From positions 461-64,460 of the forward strand of contig NZ_JALEGT010000093.1 in the NCBI RefSeq assembly GCF_022763305.1: DNA of 64,000 nucleotides, in the 5' to 3' direction. The notes under the pieces were generated by a model. That model was not told the DNA's origin and made no database searches. It saw only the letters and a list, made by a program, of their open reading frames with translations. The translations under genes were made by a program, and so were the position numbers. This DNA comes from Marivita sp. (GTDB lineage Bacteria; Pseudomonadota; Alphaproteobacteria; Rhodobacterales; Rhodobacteraceae). Of this stretch, positions 1-9,808 are shown in pieces; positions within the stretch are counted from its first letter, which is position 1, and every line of letters starts with the position of its first letter.

Positions 1-1
1 G

Positions 2-550
2 GATCTGCGCGAATTTCTCGCGCAAGACACCGGAATTGCGCCGATCCTGCGCGCGATCTCGGAGCTCTTTCAACCCGGAGAGGGATGCCGGGCGATCCTG
101 CCCCATGCCACGACGAACGCCGTTTTCCACGTCGATGTTCAGGAAAACTCGGTTGCCGCCCGCCGTGCCGACCACCCGGTCCTGCAGCAGATTGCCATCA
201 CTCACGGGCACGGACCGCTGTGGTCGGCACTGGCTGTAGCGTATGAACTGGATGCCCTGCTGACGGGAGAGCCCCCGCAGCTTTGGCGGCTTGCCAACGG
301 CGCTGTTGTCGAAGCCGCACGTGGCCTTTACGGGATCACGGCTAAAGTCGAGGACGGCCGCGTCACCGCCTTTACCCGCATCACGCCGACCGATCACCTG
401 ACGGCCCATGGCGGCGCGCTGGACCAGTCACTGGCCAGCCTGCCCGCCGAGCGTGCGCGGGGGTTGGCGCCGCTGCTCTTGTCAATTCTCGATCCGTGTT
501 ATCCAGTTTCCGTGGAACCTGCCCAACAAAGGGAGCCGGAGCATGCATGA
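2..550 (+). CDS. hupK: HupK-like hydrogenase maturation protein, C-terminal part (5' end outside window)
   Basis: Frame 2 is open from the window edge to TGA 548-550 with strong GC3 bias. It contains no Met, so it is absent from the ORF track. Translation ...[22 protein letters not shown]...[15 protein letters not shown] carries a large-subunit-like DPC motif near the C-terminus. It lies directly upstream of hypAB, as I recall for Rhodobacter/Rhizobium hup clusters, and overlaps the hypA start by 8 nt. Confidence 0.5.
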   Translation, partial: DLREFLAQDTGIAPILRAISELFQPGEGCRAILPHATTNAVFHVDVQENSVAARRADHPVLQQIAITHGHGPLWSALAVAYELDALLTGEPPQLWRLANGAVVEAARGLYGITAKVEDGRVTAFTRITPTDHLTAHGGALDQSLASLPAERARGLAPLLLSILDPCYPVSVEPAQQREPEHA

Positions 551-884
551 GATGTCGCTTTGCGAAGGCATGCGCAGCGTGATCGAAGATCAGGCCCGCC
601 AGCACAATGTCGCGCGCATCACCCGCGTGCGGGTCGAGATCGGGCGCTTTGCCGGGGTCGAGACCAAGGCGCTGCACTTTGCCTTCGACGTGGTGATGCG
701 CGGGTCGGTGGCCGAGGGTGCCGAACTGGTCACGCTCGACCTGCCCGGACGGGCGCTGTGCTACGACTGTATGAAAGAGGTGGAGATCGAAGCCCGCCTC
801 GACCCCTGCCCCTTATGTGGCGGCGGAAAACTGATGCCGCAGGGCGGCGACGAAATGCGGATCAAGGATTTGGAGGTGGCGTAA
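543..884 (+). CDS. hypA: hydrogenase nickel incorporation protein HypA
   Basis: Internal ATG of track ORF 408..884. N-terminus MHEMSLCEG is the classic HypA start, and CYDC...CPLCGG forms the zinc-ribbon cysteines. 113 aa. Confidence 0.93.
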   Translation: MHEMSLCEGMRSVIEDQARQHNVARITRVRVEIGRFAGVETKALHFAFDVVMRGSVAEGAELVTLDLPGRALCYDCMKEVEIEARLDPCPLCGGGKLMPQGGDEMRIKDLEVA

Positions 885-1720
885 TGTGTAATGTTTGCGG
901 ATGTTCGGACGGCGAAACCAAGGTGCATGGGCACAGCCATGATCACCACCATCACGACCATGACCACGGTCACCACCACCATCATCACCACGATCACCAC
1001 CATTACGGCCACGGCCCTGCGGGCACCGAAGTGCCGGGCATGTCGCAGGAGCGGCTGATCGAGATCGAGACCGACATCCTGTCGAAGAACGACCGCTATG
1101 CGCAGGCCAACCGGGCGGTTCTGACCCAGCGCGGCATTCTGGCGCTGAACCTCGTTTCCTCGCCCGGATCGGGCAAGACGACGCTCCTTTGCAAGACCAT
1201 CGAAGCCCTTGGGGATCAGCCGCTGGCGGTGATCGAAGGGGACCAGCAGACCCAGAACGACGCCGACCGTATCCGCGCGACCGGTGCGCGGGCGGTGCAG
1301 GTGAACACCGGCAAGGGCTGCCATCTGGATGGTCACATGGTGGGCCACGCGATGGAGCATCTGGCGCTGGACCCCGGGTCGATCCTCTTTATCGAGAACG
1401 TCGGCAATCTGGTCTGCCCCGCCGCCTTTGATTTGGGCGAAGATGCCAAGGTGGCGATCCTGTCGGTGACCGAAGGCGAAGACAAGCCGTTGAAATACCC
1501 AGATATGTTCACCGCTGCTCGGCTGGCGATCCTGAACAAGATCGACCTTGCGCCCCATTGCGATGTGGACCTCGACCTCTACGAGGCCAACCTGCGGCGG
1601 GTGAATCCGGGGATCGAGATCCTGCACCTGTCGGCACGCACCGGCGAAGGCATGGCGGAGTGGCTGGCGTGGCTGCGGACCCATCTGGCCGAGAAAGCGA
1701 TCCAAGAGGCGGCGCAATGA
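884..1720 (+). CDS. hypB: hydrogenase nickel incorporation GTPase HypB with His-rich N-terminal stretch
   Basis: TAATG overlap with hypA. N-terminus is [10 protein letters not shown], followed by [31 protein letters not shown]-loop is GSPGSGKTT and the C-terminal [10 protein letters not shown] motif is present. Confidence 0.95.
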   Translation: MCNVCGCSDGETKVHGHSHDHHHHDHDHGHHHHHHHDHHHYGHGPAGTEVPGMSQERLIEIETDILSKNDRYAQANRAVLTQRGILALNLVSSPGSGKTTLLCKTIEALGDQPLAVIEGDQQTQNDADRIRATGARAVQVNTGKGCHLDGHMVGHAMEHLALDPGSILFIENVGNLVCPAAFDLGEDAKVAILSVTEGEDKPLKYPDMFTAARLAILNKIDLAPHCDVDLDLYEANLRRVNPGIEILHLSARTGEGMAEWLAWLRTHLAEKAIQEAAQ

Positions 1721-3198
1721 CCAGCCTGCCCACTCTTCTGCTGGTGGATGACGAAGAGCATTCGCTGGCCGCCATGCGGATGGCGCTGGAGGACGATTTC
1801 GACTGTCTGGCGGCCACCAATGCCGATGATGCGATGCGGCTGATGGAGGAGAACTTCGTTCAGGCGATCTTTTGCGACCAGCGCATGCCCGGCAAGACAG
1901 GTGTCGAGTTTCTTGCGGATGTGCGCGAACGCTGGCCGGACACGGTGCGGATCATCATCACCGGTTATACCGAAACGAACGACATGATCGCGGCGATCAA
2001 TGAGGCCGGGATCTACCAGTTCCTGACCAAGCCCTGGCATCCCGATCAGCTTGTCATGGCGGCCAAGAACGCGGCGCAGTTGTTCCAGCTTGCGCGCGAT
2101 CATGATCGCATGTCGCTCGAGATGCGCTTCATGGGCAAGACAGCCGAAACCAAGGTCGAAGCGCGCCGTCGGACCTTGCGGGAAGGCTTCGGGTTCGAGC
2201 GCATCCTGCGTGCGCCCAATTCTCCGATGAACGCGACGGTTGAACTGGCGCGGCAGGTGGCGAGCTTTGATGTGCCGGTCCTCATCACCGGTGAGGCGGG
2301 CACCGGCAAGGACATCATGGCGCGCGCGATGCACTATGCCTCGTTACGGTCGGACCAGTCGTTCTACGAGTTGAACTGCGCCGGTCTGCCGGATGACGTG
2401 CTCAAACTGGAATTGCTGGGCGCCAAGAAAGGCGCCCTGCCCGGCCAGCCCAATACGAAGATCGGCCTCTTGCAGAAGGCCGCACGGGGAACCCTGTTCC
2501 TGAACGGTGTCGATACGCTCAGCCCGCAGATGCAGTTGGTTCTGCTGCGTGTTGCGACTGAAGGCAGTTTCGAACCGATCGGCGGGATGGAAACCCTGAC
2601 CACGAACACACGGCTGATCACCGGAAGTCACAGCGATCTGTCTGTCGCCGTGGCCGAGGGTGAGTTCCGGTCGGACCTTTACTATGCGATTTCCACAACC
2701 GAACTGTCTCTGCCGCCCCTGCGGGCGCGGATGGAGGATCTCGACATACTGTCGCGCCACATCCTTGGCGATCTGGCAAGCGAACATTCAAAGCCCGTCG
2801 AAGGGCTGTCGAAACTCGCGCTGGAATTTCTGGGCAATTACGACTGGCCCGGCAACCTGCCCGAGTTGACCAACGAACTGACCCGGATGCTGATCCTGAG
2901 CCAAGAGCCGCGGCTTGGGCCGGAACTGATCTCGCGCCACATCCTGCAGGCCGACCCATCGGTGTCGGCCCGCCCCGACCCGCGCGCGACCGATCTGCTG
3001 GTGTCGGAAGGCACGCTCAAGGACAGGGTCGAAGCCATCGAGGCGCGCATCCTGCGCGAAACGCTGACCCGACTGAAATGGAACAAGAGCCGTGCGGCGG
3101 ATGAGCTGGGGCTGAGCCGCGTCGGCTTGCGCTCCAAACTCGACCGCTACGGCGTGCATCAACCGGGCAAGACCACCGCCCCTGAAGAGGAGGATTGA
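1717..3198 (+). CDS. hupR: NtrC-family response regulator HupR/HoxA (receiver + degenerate AAA+ + HTH)
   Basis: ATGA overlap with hypB. Receiver is [10 protein letters not shown]...[10 protein letters not shown], Walker A is GEAGTGKD, and the C-terminal Fis-type HTH is [22 protein letters not shown]. Its position between hypB and hypC matches the Rhodobacter capsulatus order as I recall it. Confidence 0.9.
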   Translation: MTSLPTLLLVDDEEHSLAAMRMALEDDFDCLAATNADDAMRLMEENFVQAIFCDQRMPGKTGVEFLADVRERWPDTVRIIITGYTETNDMIAAINEAGIYQFLTKPWHPDQLVMAAKNAAQLFQLARDHDRMSLEMRFMGKTAETKVEARRRTLREGFGFERILRAPNSPMNATVELARQVASFDVPVLITGEAGTGKDIMARAMHYASLRSDQSFYELNCAGLPDDVLKLELLGAKKGALPGQPNTKIGLLQKAARGTLFLNGVDTLSPQMQLVLLRVATEGSFEPIGGMETLTTNTRLITGSHSDLSVAVAEGEFRSDLYYAISTTELSLPPLRARMEDLDILSRHILGDLASEHSKPVEGLSKLALEFLGNYDWPGNLPELTNELTRMLILSQEPRLGPELISRHILQADPSVSARPDPRATDLLVSEGTLKDRVEAIEARILRETLTRLKWNKSRAADELGLSRVGLRSKLDRYGVHQPGKTTAPEEED

Positions 3199-3201
3199 GC
3201 C

Positions 3202-3492
3202 ATGTGTCTGGGAATACCGGGACAGATCGTCGAGATCACCGATGCCGACCGATTGATGGCGATGGCAGACATTTCCGGCGTGCGCCGTGAGGTGTCAGTG
3301 GCCTGCGTGGCCACCCCTGATCTGAATGATCTTCTGGGCGAATGGGCGCTGATCCATGTGGGCTTTGCCATGAGCGTGATCGACGCGGACGAGGCAGCAA
3401 AGACGCTGGAGGCGTTGCGCGGTCTTGGAGAGGCGCAGGAAACGCTGGAGGCGATGGCCGAAGGGACCGCAGCACTTGAGGGCACGCAATGA
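3202..3492 (+). CDS. hypC: hydrogenase maturation chaperone HypC
   Basis: N-terminus MCLGIPGQIVEI is the HypC signature. GAGGAGGA RBS upstream. 96 aa. Confidence 0.93.
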   Translation: MCLGIPGQIVEITDADRLMAMADISGVRREVSVACVATPDLNDLLGEWALIHVGFAMSVIDADEAAKTLEALRGLGEAQETLEAMAEGTAALEGTQ

Positions 3493-4634
3493 GATATGTC
3501 GAAGAATTCCGCGATCCGATTGCTGCAAAAGCCGTGCTGTCCGCAATTGAGACATTGGTTGAAGAAATCGGTGCAACTGCCGAAAATCCCGTACATATCA
3601 TGGAAATTTGTGGTGGACACACCCATGCGATTTTCCGCTACGGGCTGGACCGGTTGACGCCGAAAGGCATCGAGTTCATCCACGGTCCCGGCTGCCCGGT
3701 CTGTGTGCTGCCGATGAGCCGCATCGACGAATGTGTCGAAATCGCCGAACGGCCCGAGGTGATCTTCTGCACCTTCGGCGACGCGATGCGTGTGCCGGGA
3801 ACGCAGAAATCTCTGTTGCAGGCCAAGGCCGATGGTGCTGACATCCGCATGGTCTATTCGCCGCTCGACGCGCTGGAAATTGCGCGGCGCAACCCGGAGC
3901 GGGAGGTGGTGTTCTTTGGTCTTGGGTTCGAGACAACCACGCCATCGACCGCGCTGTCGATCCAGCAAGCGGCGCGGGAAAGCCTGAGCAATTTCAGCGT
4001 GTTCTGCAACCACATTACAGTGCCCCCGCCGATCAAGGCGCTGCTGGATGATCCGCATATGGTGCTGGATGGGTTTGTCGGCCCCGGCCATGTGTCGATG
4101 GTGATCGGCACCCATCCGTACGATTTCATCGCTGAAACCTACGGCAAGCCCATCGTCGTCGCTGGCTTTGAACCGCTGGACCTGTTGCAATCCGTCTTGA
4201 TGGTGCTGCGCCAGATCCGCGATAGGCGCGCCGAGGTCGAGAACCAGTACGCGCGGGTGGTGCCGGAACATGGCAACCCGGTCTCGCTTGCCGCGATCGC
4301 CGATGTCTATGAGCCGCGCCCGACCTTCGAGTGGCGCGGGCTGGGCGAGATCGACGCGAGCGGGTTGCGCATCCGGGGCAAATACGCGGCCTTCGATGCC
4401 GAGGAGAAATTCGCTGTCGGCTACGGGGCCGGACCGCGCATCGTGGCGGAACCCGAAGGCTGCGCCTGTGGTCAGGTGATGACAGGGCGGATCAAGCCCA
4501 CGGGCTGCCCGCAATACGGCACCGGCTGCACGCCCGAGATGCCGCTGGGCGCGCTGATGGTCAGTTCCGAAGGGGCCTGCGCCGCCTATTACCAATACGG
4601 CGCGACCGATGACACGCTGGAGGCGGCGGAATGA
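3489..4634 (+). CDS. hypD: hydrogenase maturation Fe-S protein HypD
   Basis: ATGA overlap with hypC. Motifs present: CGGHTHA, GPGCPVC, GFETT, PGHVS. Confidence 0.95.
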   Translation: MRYVEEFRDPIAAKAVLSAIETLVEEIGATAENPVHIMEICGGHTHAIFRYGLDRLTPKGIEFIHGPGCPVCVLPMSRIDECVEIAERPEVIFCTFGDAMRVPGTQKSLLQAKADGADIRMVYSPLDALEIARRNPEREVVFFGLGFETTTPSTALSIQQAARESLSNFSVFCNHITVPPPIKALLDDPHMVLDGFVGPGHVSMVIGTHPYDFIAETYGKPIVVAGFEPLDLLQSVLMVLRQIRDRRAEVENQYARVVPEHGNPVSLAAIADVYEPRPTFEWRGLGEIDASGLRIRGKYAAFDAEEKFAVGYGAGPRIVAEPEGCACGQVMTGRIKPTGCPQYGTGCTPEMPLGALMVSSEGACAAYYQYGATDDTLEAAE

Positions 4635-5680
4635 ACATGACCACTCCGATCAAACCCGCCCGCCTGCGGGGCGACCGCGTGACCATGGCGCATGGCGGCG
4701 GTGGCAAGGCGATGCGCGATCTTATCGAAGAGATCTTTACCGACGTGTTCCTGCCCCCGGGATCAGAGGATCAGGCGCGGCTGACCTCGGATGCGCTGCG
4801 TGAACCGGGTGCACAACTGGCCTTCACCACCGACAGCTTTGTCGTGTCGCCCCCTGAATTTCCCGGCGGTGACATCGGCAAGATCGCGGTCTGCGGCACG
4901 GTGAACGATCTGGCGGTCGGCGGGGCGAAACCGCTTTGGCTGTCTGCTGCGTTCATCATCGAGGAAGGCTGCGAATTCGCCCTTCTGCGCCGCATCGTGA
5001 CGTCGATGCAGGCCGAGGCCGACAAGGCCGGTGTGCGGATTGTCACCGGCGATACCAAGGTTGTGGAACGGGGGGCGGCGGACAAGGTCTTTGTCACCAC
5101 CTCGGGCGTCGGGGTCATTCCAGCGGGGCGTGACATGCGGGCGGACAACATCCGCCCCGGCGATGTGGCACTGGTCAATGGCGTGCTCGGCGATCACGGC
5201 GCGACAATCCTTGCGGCGCGCGGCGACATGGCGCTGAGCACCGACATCCAGTCCGATTGCCAAAGTCTCAACGCGCTGATCGAGGCGGTGCTGGAAGCCG
5301 CACCCAACACCCGCGCCGCCCGGGATGCAACGCGCGGTGGGGTTGCGTCGGCGCTGAACGAGATGGCAGACGCCGCCGGCGTGCAGATCGAAATCGACGA
5401 GACCACCCTGCCCCTGCGCCCCGAGGTCAAAGGCGTCTGCGAGGTGCTGGGGCTCGACCCGCTATACCTTGCCAATGAAGGCACTCTGGTGCTTTTCGTT
5501 CCCGCCGACGAGGCCGACGCTGCGCTCGCCGCGATGAAAAGCGTCGAGGCGGGACGCAATGCCACCGCCATCGGCACGGCCAAAGCCGGTCATCCGGGAC
5601 GGGTCACGATGAAGACCCTGTTCGGCGGGCAACGGCTGGTGGACACATTGGTCGGAGAGCAATTGCCCCGCATCTGTTGA
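4631..5680 (+). CDS. hypE: hydrogenase maturation carbamoyl dehydratase HypE
   Basis: ATGA overlap with hypD. AIR-synthase-like fold sequence, ending in the characteristic C-terminal PRIC. Confidence 0.95.
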   Translation: MNMTTPIKPARLRGDRVTMAHGGGGKAMRDLIEEIFTDVFLPPGSEDQARLTSDALREPGAQLAFTTDSFVVSPPEFPGGDIGKIAVCGTVNDLAVGGAKPLWLSAAFIIEEGCEFALLRRIVTSMQAEADKAGVRIVTGDTKVVERGAADKVFVTTSGVGVIPAGRDMRADNIRPGDVALVNGVLGDHGATILAARGDMALSTDIQSDCQSLNALIEAVLEAAPNTRAARDATRGGVASALNEMADAAGVQIEIDETTLPLRPEVKGVCEVLGLDPLYLANEGTLVLFVPADEADAALAAMKSVEAGRNATAIGTAKAGHPGRVTMKTLFGGQRLVDTLVGEQLPRIC

Positions 5681-5696
5681 CCTTGCCCTCGGAGGA

Positions 5697-6092
5697 TCAG
5701 CGCGCAACCTCATAAAGTTCGAGCGGCAGGTCGTCCGGATCGCGGAAAAAGGTGAAACGGCACCCGGTGTAAGGGTCGATCCGAATGTTTTCGACCGCGA
5801 TGCCCCGTGCCTCGAGCCTGGTCTTCATGTCGGCGACATCGGAAACGGCAAAGGCCAGATGCCGCAGGCCGCGCGCTTCGGGGCGCGACGCGCGGGCGGG
5901 TGGATCGGGAAAGGAAAACAGCTCCACCTGCGATCCGTCGGGCAAGCCGAGATCCAGCTTCCACGACCCCCGCTCTTCGCGGAAATTCTCGGCGAGAACG
6001 GTCAGACCCAGCGTATCGATATAGAACGCCCTGGACCTGTCATAGTCCGAACAGATGATGGCGGCATGGTGAAGTCCGCGCAGATGCGCCAT
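5697..6092 (-). CDS. VOC (glyoxalase/bleomycin-resistance/dioxygenase) family protein
   Basis: Internal ATG of track ORF 5697..6173. MAHLRGLHHAAIICSDYDRSRAFY...HLAFAV is typical of YaeR-like VOC proteins. 131 aa. Confidence 0.8.
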   Translation of the reverse strand: MAHLRGLHHAAIICSDYDRSRAFYIDTLGLTVLAENFREERGSWKLDLGLPDGSQVELFSFPDPPARASRPEARGLRHLAFAVSDVADMKTRLEARGIAVENIRIDPYTGCRFTFFRDPDDLPLELYEVAR

Positions 6093-6216
6093 CGGCGTCG
6101 CTCCGTGTTTTGCGCCATTATGAAAGCAGCGGCCCGCCCCCGCAATGGGCCCACGACCGCGCCATCCGGACATCCCCGAGGGTTGACACCCGGTCGACCG
6201 CTGTTAGCGCTTTGGC

Positions 6217-6879
6217 ATGCGGAAGACAGACACCCACGTTGCGCCCGTGCGCACCCGAGACCCGGAGCGCACCCGGGCGCAGATCCTCGAAGCGGCGCTG
6301 ACCGAATTCGCGGCGCATGGCTTCGATGGTGCAAAGGTGCATGCGATTGCCGAAAGCGCGGGCTGCAATGCACGGCTGATCTATCATTACTTCGACAGCA
6401 AGGAGCGGCTCTACATCGCTGCCCTGCGTCGCATTTATTCAGAGATCCGCGCGCGCGAAGAGGATTTGCACCTCGATACGCTGCCGCCGGAACAGGCGAT
6501 CCGCCGTCTGACGGAAACCACCTTCGATTTCTTCGGAAACAACTCGGTTTTCCTGTCGATCACGCGCAGCGAGAACCTTCTGGGCGGGCGGTTCATCAGC
6601 CAGGAACCCGAGATCCAGAAGATGTCGCAACCGTTTCTCGACAAGATCGCCGATGTTCTGAAACGCGGGCATGAGGCTGGTGTTTTCCGCGACGGGATCG
6701 ACGCGTTGCAACTCTATGTCAGCATCGTTGCGCTAAGCGCACATCACATCAATGCCAGCCACACTCTGTCGGCCACCTTCGGGCGGGACTTGTCCACCGA
6801 GGCGTGGCGGCAGGACCGGCGACAGCATGTGATCGAGATGGTGCAGGCCGCCGTCCGTCAGCGCGAATCGAAGGCCTGA
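6217..6879 (+). CDS. TetR/AcrR family transcriptional regulator
   Basis: N-terminal HTH RAQILEAALTEFAAHGFDGAKVHAIAESAGCNARLIYHYFDSKERLY. Confidence 0.9.
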   Translation: MRKTDTHVAPVRTRDPERTRAQILEAALTEFAAHGFDGAKVHAIAESAGCNARLIYHYFDSKERLYIAALRRIYSEIRAREEDLHLDTLPPEQAIRRLTETTFDFFGNNSVFLSITRSENLLGGRFISQEPEIQKMSQPFLDKIADVLKRGHEAGVFRDGIDALQLYVSIVALSAHHINASHTLSATFGRDLSTEAWRQDRRQHVIEMVQAAVRQRESKA

Positions 6880-7037
6880 CCCGCGCCAAGGGTGCGACAT
6901 TGTATACCTCCGCATATGCAGATTTCTTGCTCAGACGGCGAAAATAACGCCTGCAAAAGAGGCAGCGCGAAGATAATTCAATTTTCATTTACTTAACCAC
7001 TTCCGGTTTCACGACGCGCTGCTGTTGGGTCGGCGGC

Positions 7038-7892
7038 ATGAACATGTCAGCCAACATCCCCGCTCCCACCGCGCAGCAGGCCAAACCTGCAGGCGTTCAT
7101 TCCCGACCGGCGTTGGAACTGCAGGACGCGTCCGTTGTCTTTGGCAGCGGAGACACCGCAGTCACGGCTCTGTCGCCCACAAACCTCAAGATGGAGCGCG
7201 GGGATTTCCTTGCGCTTGTCGGCCCATCAGGCTGCGGAAAGTCCACGATCCTCAAGCTCGTCAGCAACCTGATCCAGCCCAGCTCGGGTCTTGTGCTGGT
7301 GGGCGGGAAAGAGGCGAAGGCCAAGGAACTGCGCATCGGCATGGCGTTCCAGAACCCGACGATGCTGCCCTGGCTCACCATCGAGCAGAACATCCTGATG
7401 CCGCTCAAGATCGTGGCACCGTTCAAGCACACCTATCGGCAGGACAAGAAGGGCGCGTTCCGCGACCGCGTGCATGCGCTGCTGGCACAGGTGGGGTTGA
7501 AGGATTTCGCCAACCATTATCCCTGGCAGTTGTCGGGCGGCATGTTGCAGCGGTCCAATCTCTGCCGGGCGCTGGTGCATGAACCGGACCTGCTGCTGCT
7601 GGATGAACCCTTTGGCGCGCTCGACCAGTTCACCCGCGAAGAGCTGTGGCAGATCATGCAGACGCTGTATCTGGATCGCAAACCCACGGTTCTTCTGGTC
7701 ACGCATGACCTGCGCGAAGCGGGATACCTGGCCAACCGCATCTGCGTGATGAGCGCACGTCCGGGGCGGATCATCTCGGACGAGCCGGTGAACATCCCGC
7801 AACCGCGCGACATCGGCATGATCTATAGCCCCGAATTCGTCGAAATGACCCAAGGCCTGCGTGAGTTGATCGCGCAAGTCCGCAGCGCGTGA
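7038..7892 (+). CDS. ABC transporter ATP-binding protein (NitT/TauT family)
   Basis: Walker [10 protein letters not shown], signature LSGGMLQRSNL, Walker B LLLLDEPFGALD. Confidence 0.92.
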   Translation: MNMSANIPAPTAQQAKPAGVHSRPALELQDASVVFGSGDTAVTALSPTNLKMERGDFLALVGPSGCGKSTILKLVSNLIQPSSGLVLVGGKEAKAKELRIGMAFQNPTMLPWLTIEQNILMPLKIVAPFKHTYRQDKKGAFRDRVHALLAQVGLKDFANHYPWQLSGGMLQRSNLCRALVHEPDLLLLDEPFGALDQFTREELWQIMQTLYLDRKPTVLLVTHDLREAGYLANRICVMSARPGRIISDEPVNIPQPRDIGMIYSPEFVEMTQGLRELIAQVRSA

Positions 7893-7902
7893 GGATTTTG
7901 CA

Positions 7903-8676
7903 ATGACCGACTCTCAACGCATCCGAGTGCTGTCCAGCTCGCTGATCATCGGGTTCTTCCTGACATGGGAGGTGCTCTGCATAATCCTGAACGTGTCTGA
8001 CCTGATCCTGCCGCGCCCGTCCGAGATTTTGGTGACGATGTGGACGCGGTTCCCGGTGCTCTGGCCGCATATCCTGCAGACGCTCTATTCCACTTTGTTC
8101 GGCTTTTCGCTGGGCGTGATCATCGGGGTCGCTTTGGGCGTGATCGTGGGAACCTCGAAGATCGCCTATGCCGTGGCGTACCCCTTGCTGGTCGGATTTT
8201 CGTCGATCCCCAAGGTCGCGGTGGTGCCTATTTTCGTTTTGTGGTTCGGGTCGGGCACCACGCCCGCCGTGCTGACGGCGATGGTGATCTGCGTGTTCCC
8301 GATCGTCGTCAACATCGCCACGGGCCTTGCCACGACCGAGCCAGAACTTGAAGACGTGCTCAAGACGCTGGGGGCCTCAAAGACAGAGATCCTGTGGAAT
8401 GTCGGTCTGCCCCGCGCGATGCCCTATTTCTTTGCCTCGCTCAAAGTGGCGATCACGCTCTCCTTTGTGGGCGCGGTCCTGTCGGAGACCGTGGCGTCCA
8501 ACATGGGCATCGGCAACGTGATGATGACCGCCTCCTCAAACTTCCAGGTCTCGCTGGTCTTTGCCGGGCTGATCATCCTCGCCCTGATGGGGGTCGCGCT
8601 TTACGCGGTCTTCTCGTTCCTCGAACGCCGGGTCACCGGCTGGGCCACACGCGGCAACGACATCGCCGTCACCTGA
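7903..8676 (+). CDS. ABC transporter permease (NitT/TauT family)
   Basis: Multi-TM hydrophobic protein of 257 aa, placed between the ATPase and the binding protein. Confidence 0.88.
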   Translation: MTDSQRIRVLSSSLIIGFFLTWEVLCIILNVSDLILPRPSEILVTMWTRFPVLWPHILQTLYSTLFGFSLGVIIGVALGVIVGTSKIAYAVAYPLLVGFSSIPKVAVVPIFVLWFGSGTTPAVLTAMVICVFPIVVNIATGLATTEPELEDVLKTLGASKTEILWNVGLPRAMPYFFASLKVAITLSFVGAVLSETVASNMGIGNVMMTASSNFQVSLVFAGLIILALMGVALYAVFSFLERRVTGWATRGNDIAVT

Positions 8677-8715
8677 TCCGAAACTTCCCTCTCTCCAATC
8701 GAAAAGGACGACCTC

Positions 8716-9741
8716 ATGAAACACTCTCTGTTCGGTGCCGCCCTCGCCCTTCTGGCCGGAGCTGCCCCCGCCTTTGCCGAAATGACCGACATCCGCTTCA
8801 CACTCGGCTGGAAAACCCAAGGGTCGGACGCGCCCTTCCTGCTCGCACTGCACAAAGGCTATTTCGAGGAAGAAGGCCTGAACGTCACCATCGACCAGGG
8901 CGAAGGATCGGCCGCAACCGTGACGCGCATCATGGGCGGGGCCTATGACGCAGGTTTCGGGGACATCAACGCCATCATCCAGAACGCGGCCGCCCGTCCG
9001 GGCGAAGCGCCGGTCATGGTCTACCAGCTTTGGAACCGCCCGCCCTTTGCCATCGTGACGCCCAAGACCGCCGGGATCGAAACACCCGCCGATTTCGAAG
9101 GCAAGACGCTGGGCGGCGCGCAAGGCACGCCGACCACCCGCCTTTTCCCGGTCTTCGCCGAGCTGAACGGCATCAACCTTGATGCGGTCAAGCAAGAGAA
9201 CATGGCGCCGAACCTGCAGGAGCCGATGATGATCCGCGGCGACATCGACGGCGCGTTTGTCTTCACCTCGACCAGCTGGTTCAACCTGATCGCCAACCGT
9301 CAGGACCCGGCAAACGACTACAACTGGTTCAACTTCGAAGACTACGGGATGGACCTCTATTCCAACGGTCTGATGGTATCGCGCCAGTTGCTGGCCGAGA
9401 ACCCCGAAGCGGTGGCAGGTCTCGTCCGCGCGGTGAACAAGGCCACCATGGAAGTCGCGGCCAATCAGGACAGCTCGGTCGAGGCGATCCTTGCCTTCGA
9501 CAACCTGGTCGACCCGGAACTGGAACGCGCCCGTCTGGAATTCGCGCTGACCAACCTGATGAACGCGCCCGAAGTGACCGAGATCGGCATGGGCGATCTG
9601 GTGGACGAGCGTCTGACCCGTTCCATCGAGATCGTCGCCAAGGGCTATGGCCTCGACCGCCTGCCCGAAGCGTCGGAAATCTTCAACCGCTCTTTCCTGC
9701 CGCCGATGGAAACGCGCACCTTCGAAGTGACGCTGAACTGA
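8716..9741 (+). CDS. ABC transporter substrate-binding protein (NMT1/SsuA-like)
   Basis: Signal peptide MKHSLFGAALALLAGAAPAFA. Periplasmic-binding-protein-like sequence adjacent to the permease. Confidence 0.88.
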   Translation: MKHSLFGAALALLAGAAPAFAEMTDIRFTLGWKTQGSDAPFLLALHKGYFEEEGLNVTIDQGEGSAATVTRIMGGAYDAGFGDINAIIQNAAARPGEAPVMVYQLWNRPPFAIVTPKTAGIETPADFEGKTLGGAQGTPTTRLFPVFAELNGINLDAVKQENMAPNLQEPMMIRGDIDGAFVFTSTSWFNLIANRQDPANDYNWFNFEDYGMDLYSNGLMVSRQLLAENPEAVAGLVRAVNKATMEVAANQDSSVEAILAFDNLVDPELERARLEFALTNLMNAPEVTEIGMGDLVDERLTRSIEIVAKGYGLDRLPEASEIFNRSFLPPMETRTFEVTLN

Positions 9742-9750
9742 GCCACGCAA

Positions 9751-9791
9751 CAGACATGCGCCAAGGCCCTGCTTTGGCGCATGTTGTCTGT
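9751..9791 (+). other. intercistronic stem-loop after the binding-protein gene
   Basis: ACATGCGCCAA (9754-9764) pairs with TTGGCGCATGT (9774-9784) across a 9-nt loop. The stem is extendable with a bulge and has no trailing T-run. Likely an mRNA-stabilising or attenuating hairpin, not a full terminator. Confidence 0.4.
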
Positions 9792-9808
9792 CTGGGGATC
9801 GCGGACAT

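Noticed and set aside
36-239. 67-aa track ORF at the window start
   Set aside because: Frame 2 is open across the whole 2..550 region with high GC3 and a HupK-like translation. The 67-aa ORF is an out-of-frame artefact.
3159-4595. 478-aa minus-strand ORF. Similar long antisense ORFs occur at 8536..10203, 40210..41979, 43914..45359, 50247..51899, 55118..56218 and 56218..57267.
   Set aside because: All lie opposite genes with diagnostic motifs (hypD, the SBP/amidohydrolase genes, the monooxygenase, the ureohydrolase, the kinase, ugpE/ugpA). All have the Arg/Gly/His/Pro-rich composition of GC-driven shadow frames.
6880-7037. Possible TPP or other riboswitch upstream of the NMT1-type ABC operon
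   Set aside because: No CUGAGA/ACCUGA-type TPP core or other conserved riboswitch blocks are visible. Only short 4-bp hairpins and small palindromes (GTATAC, GCATATGC) are present.
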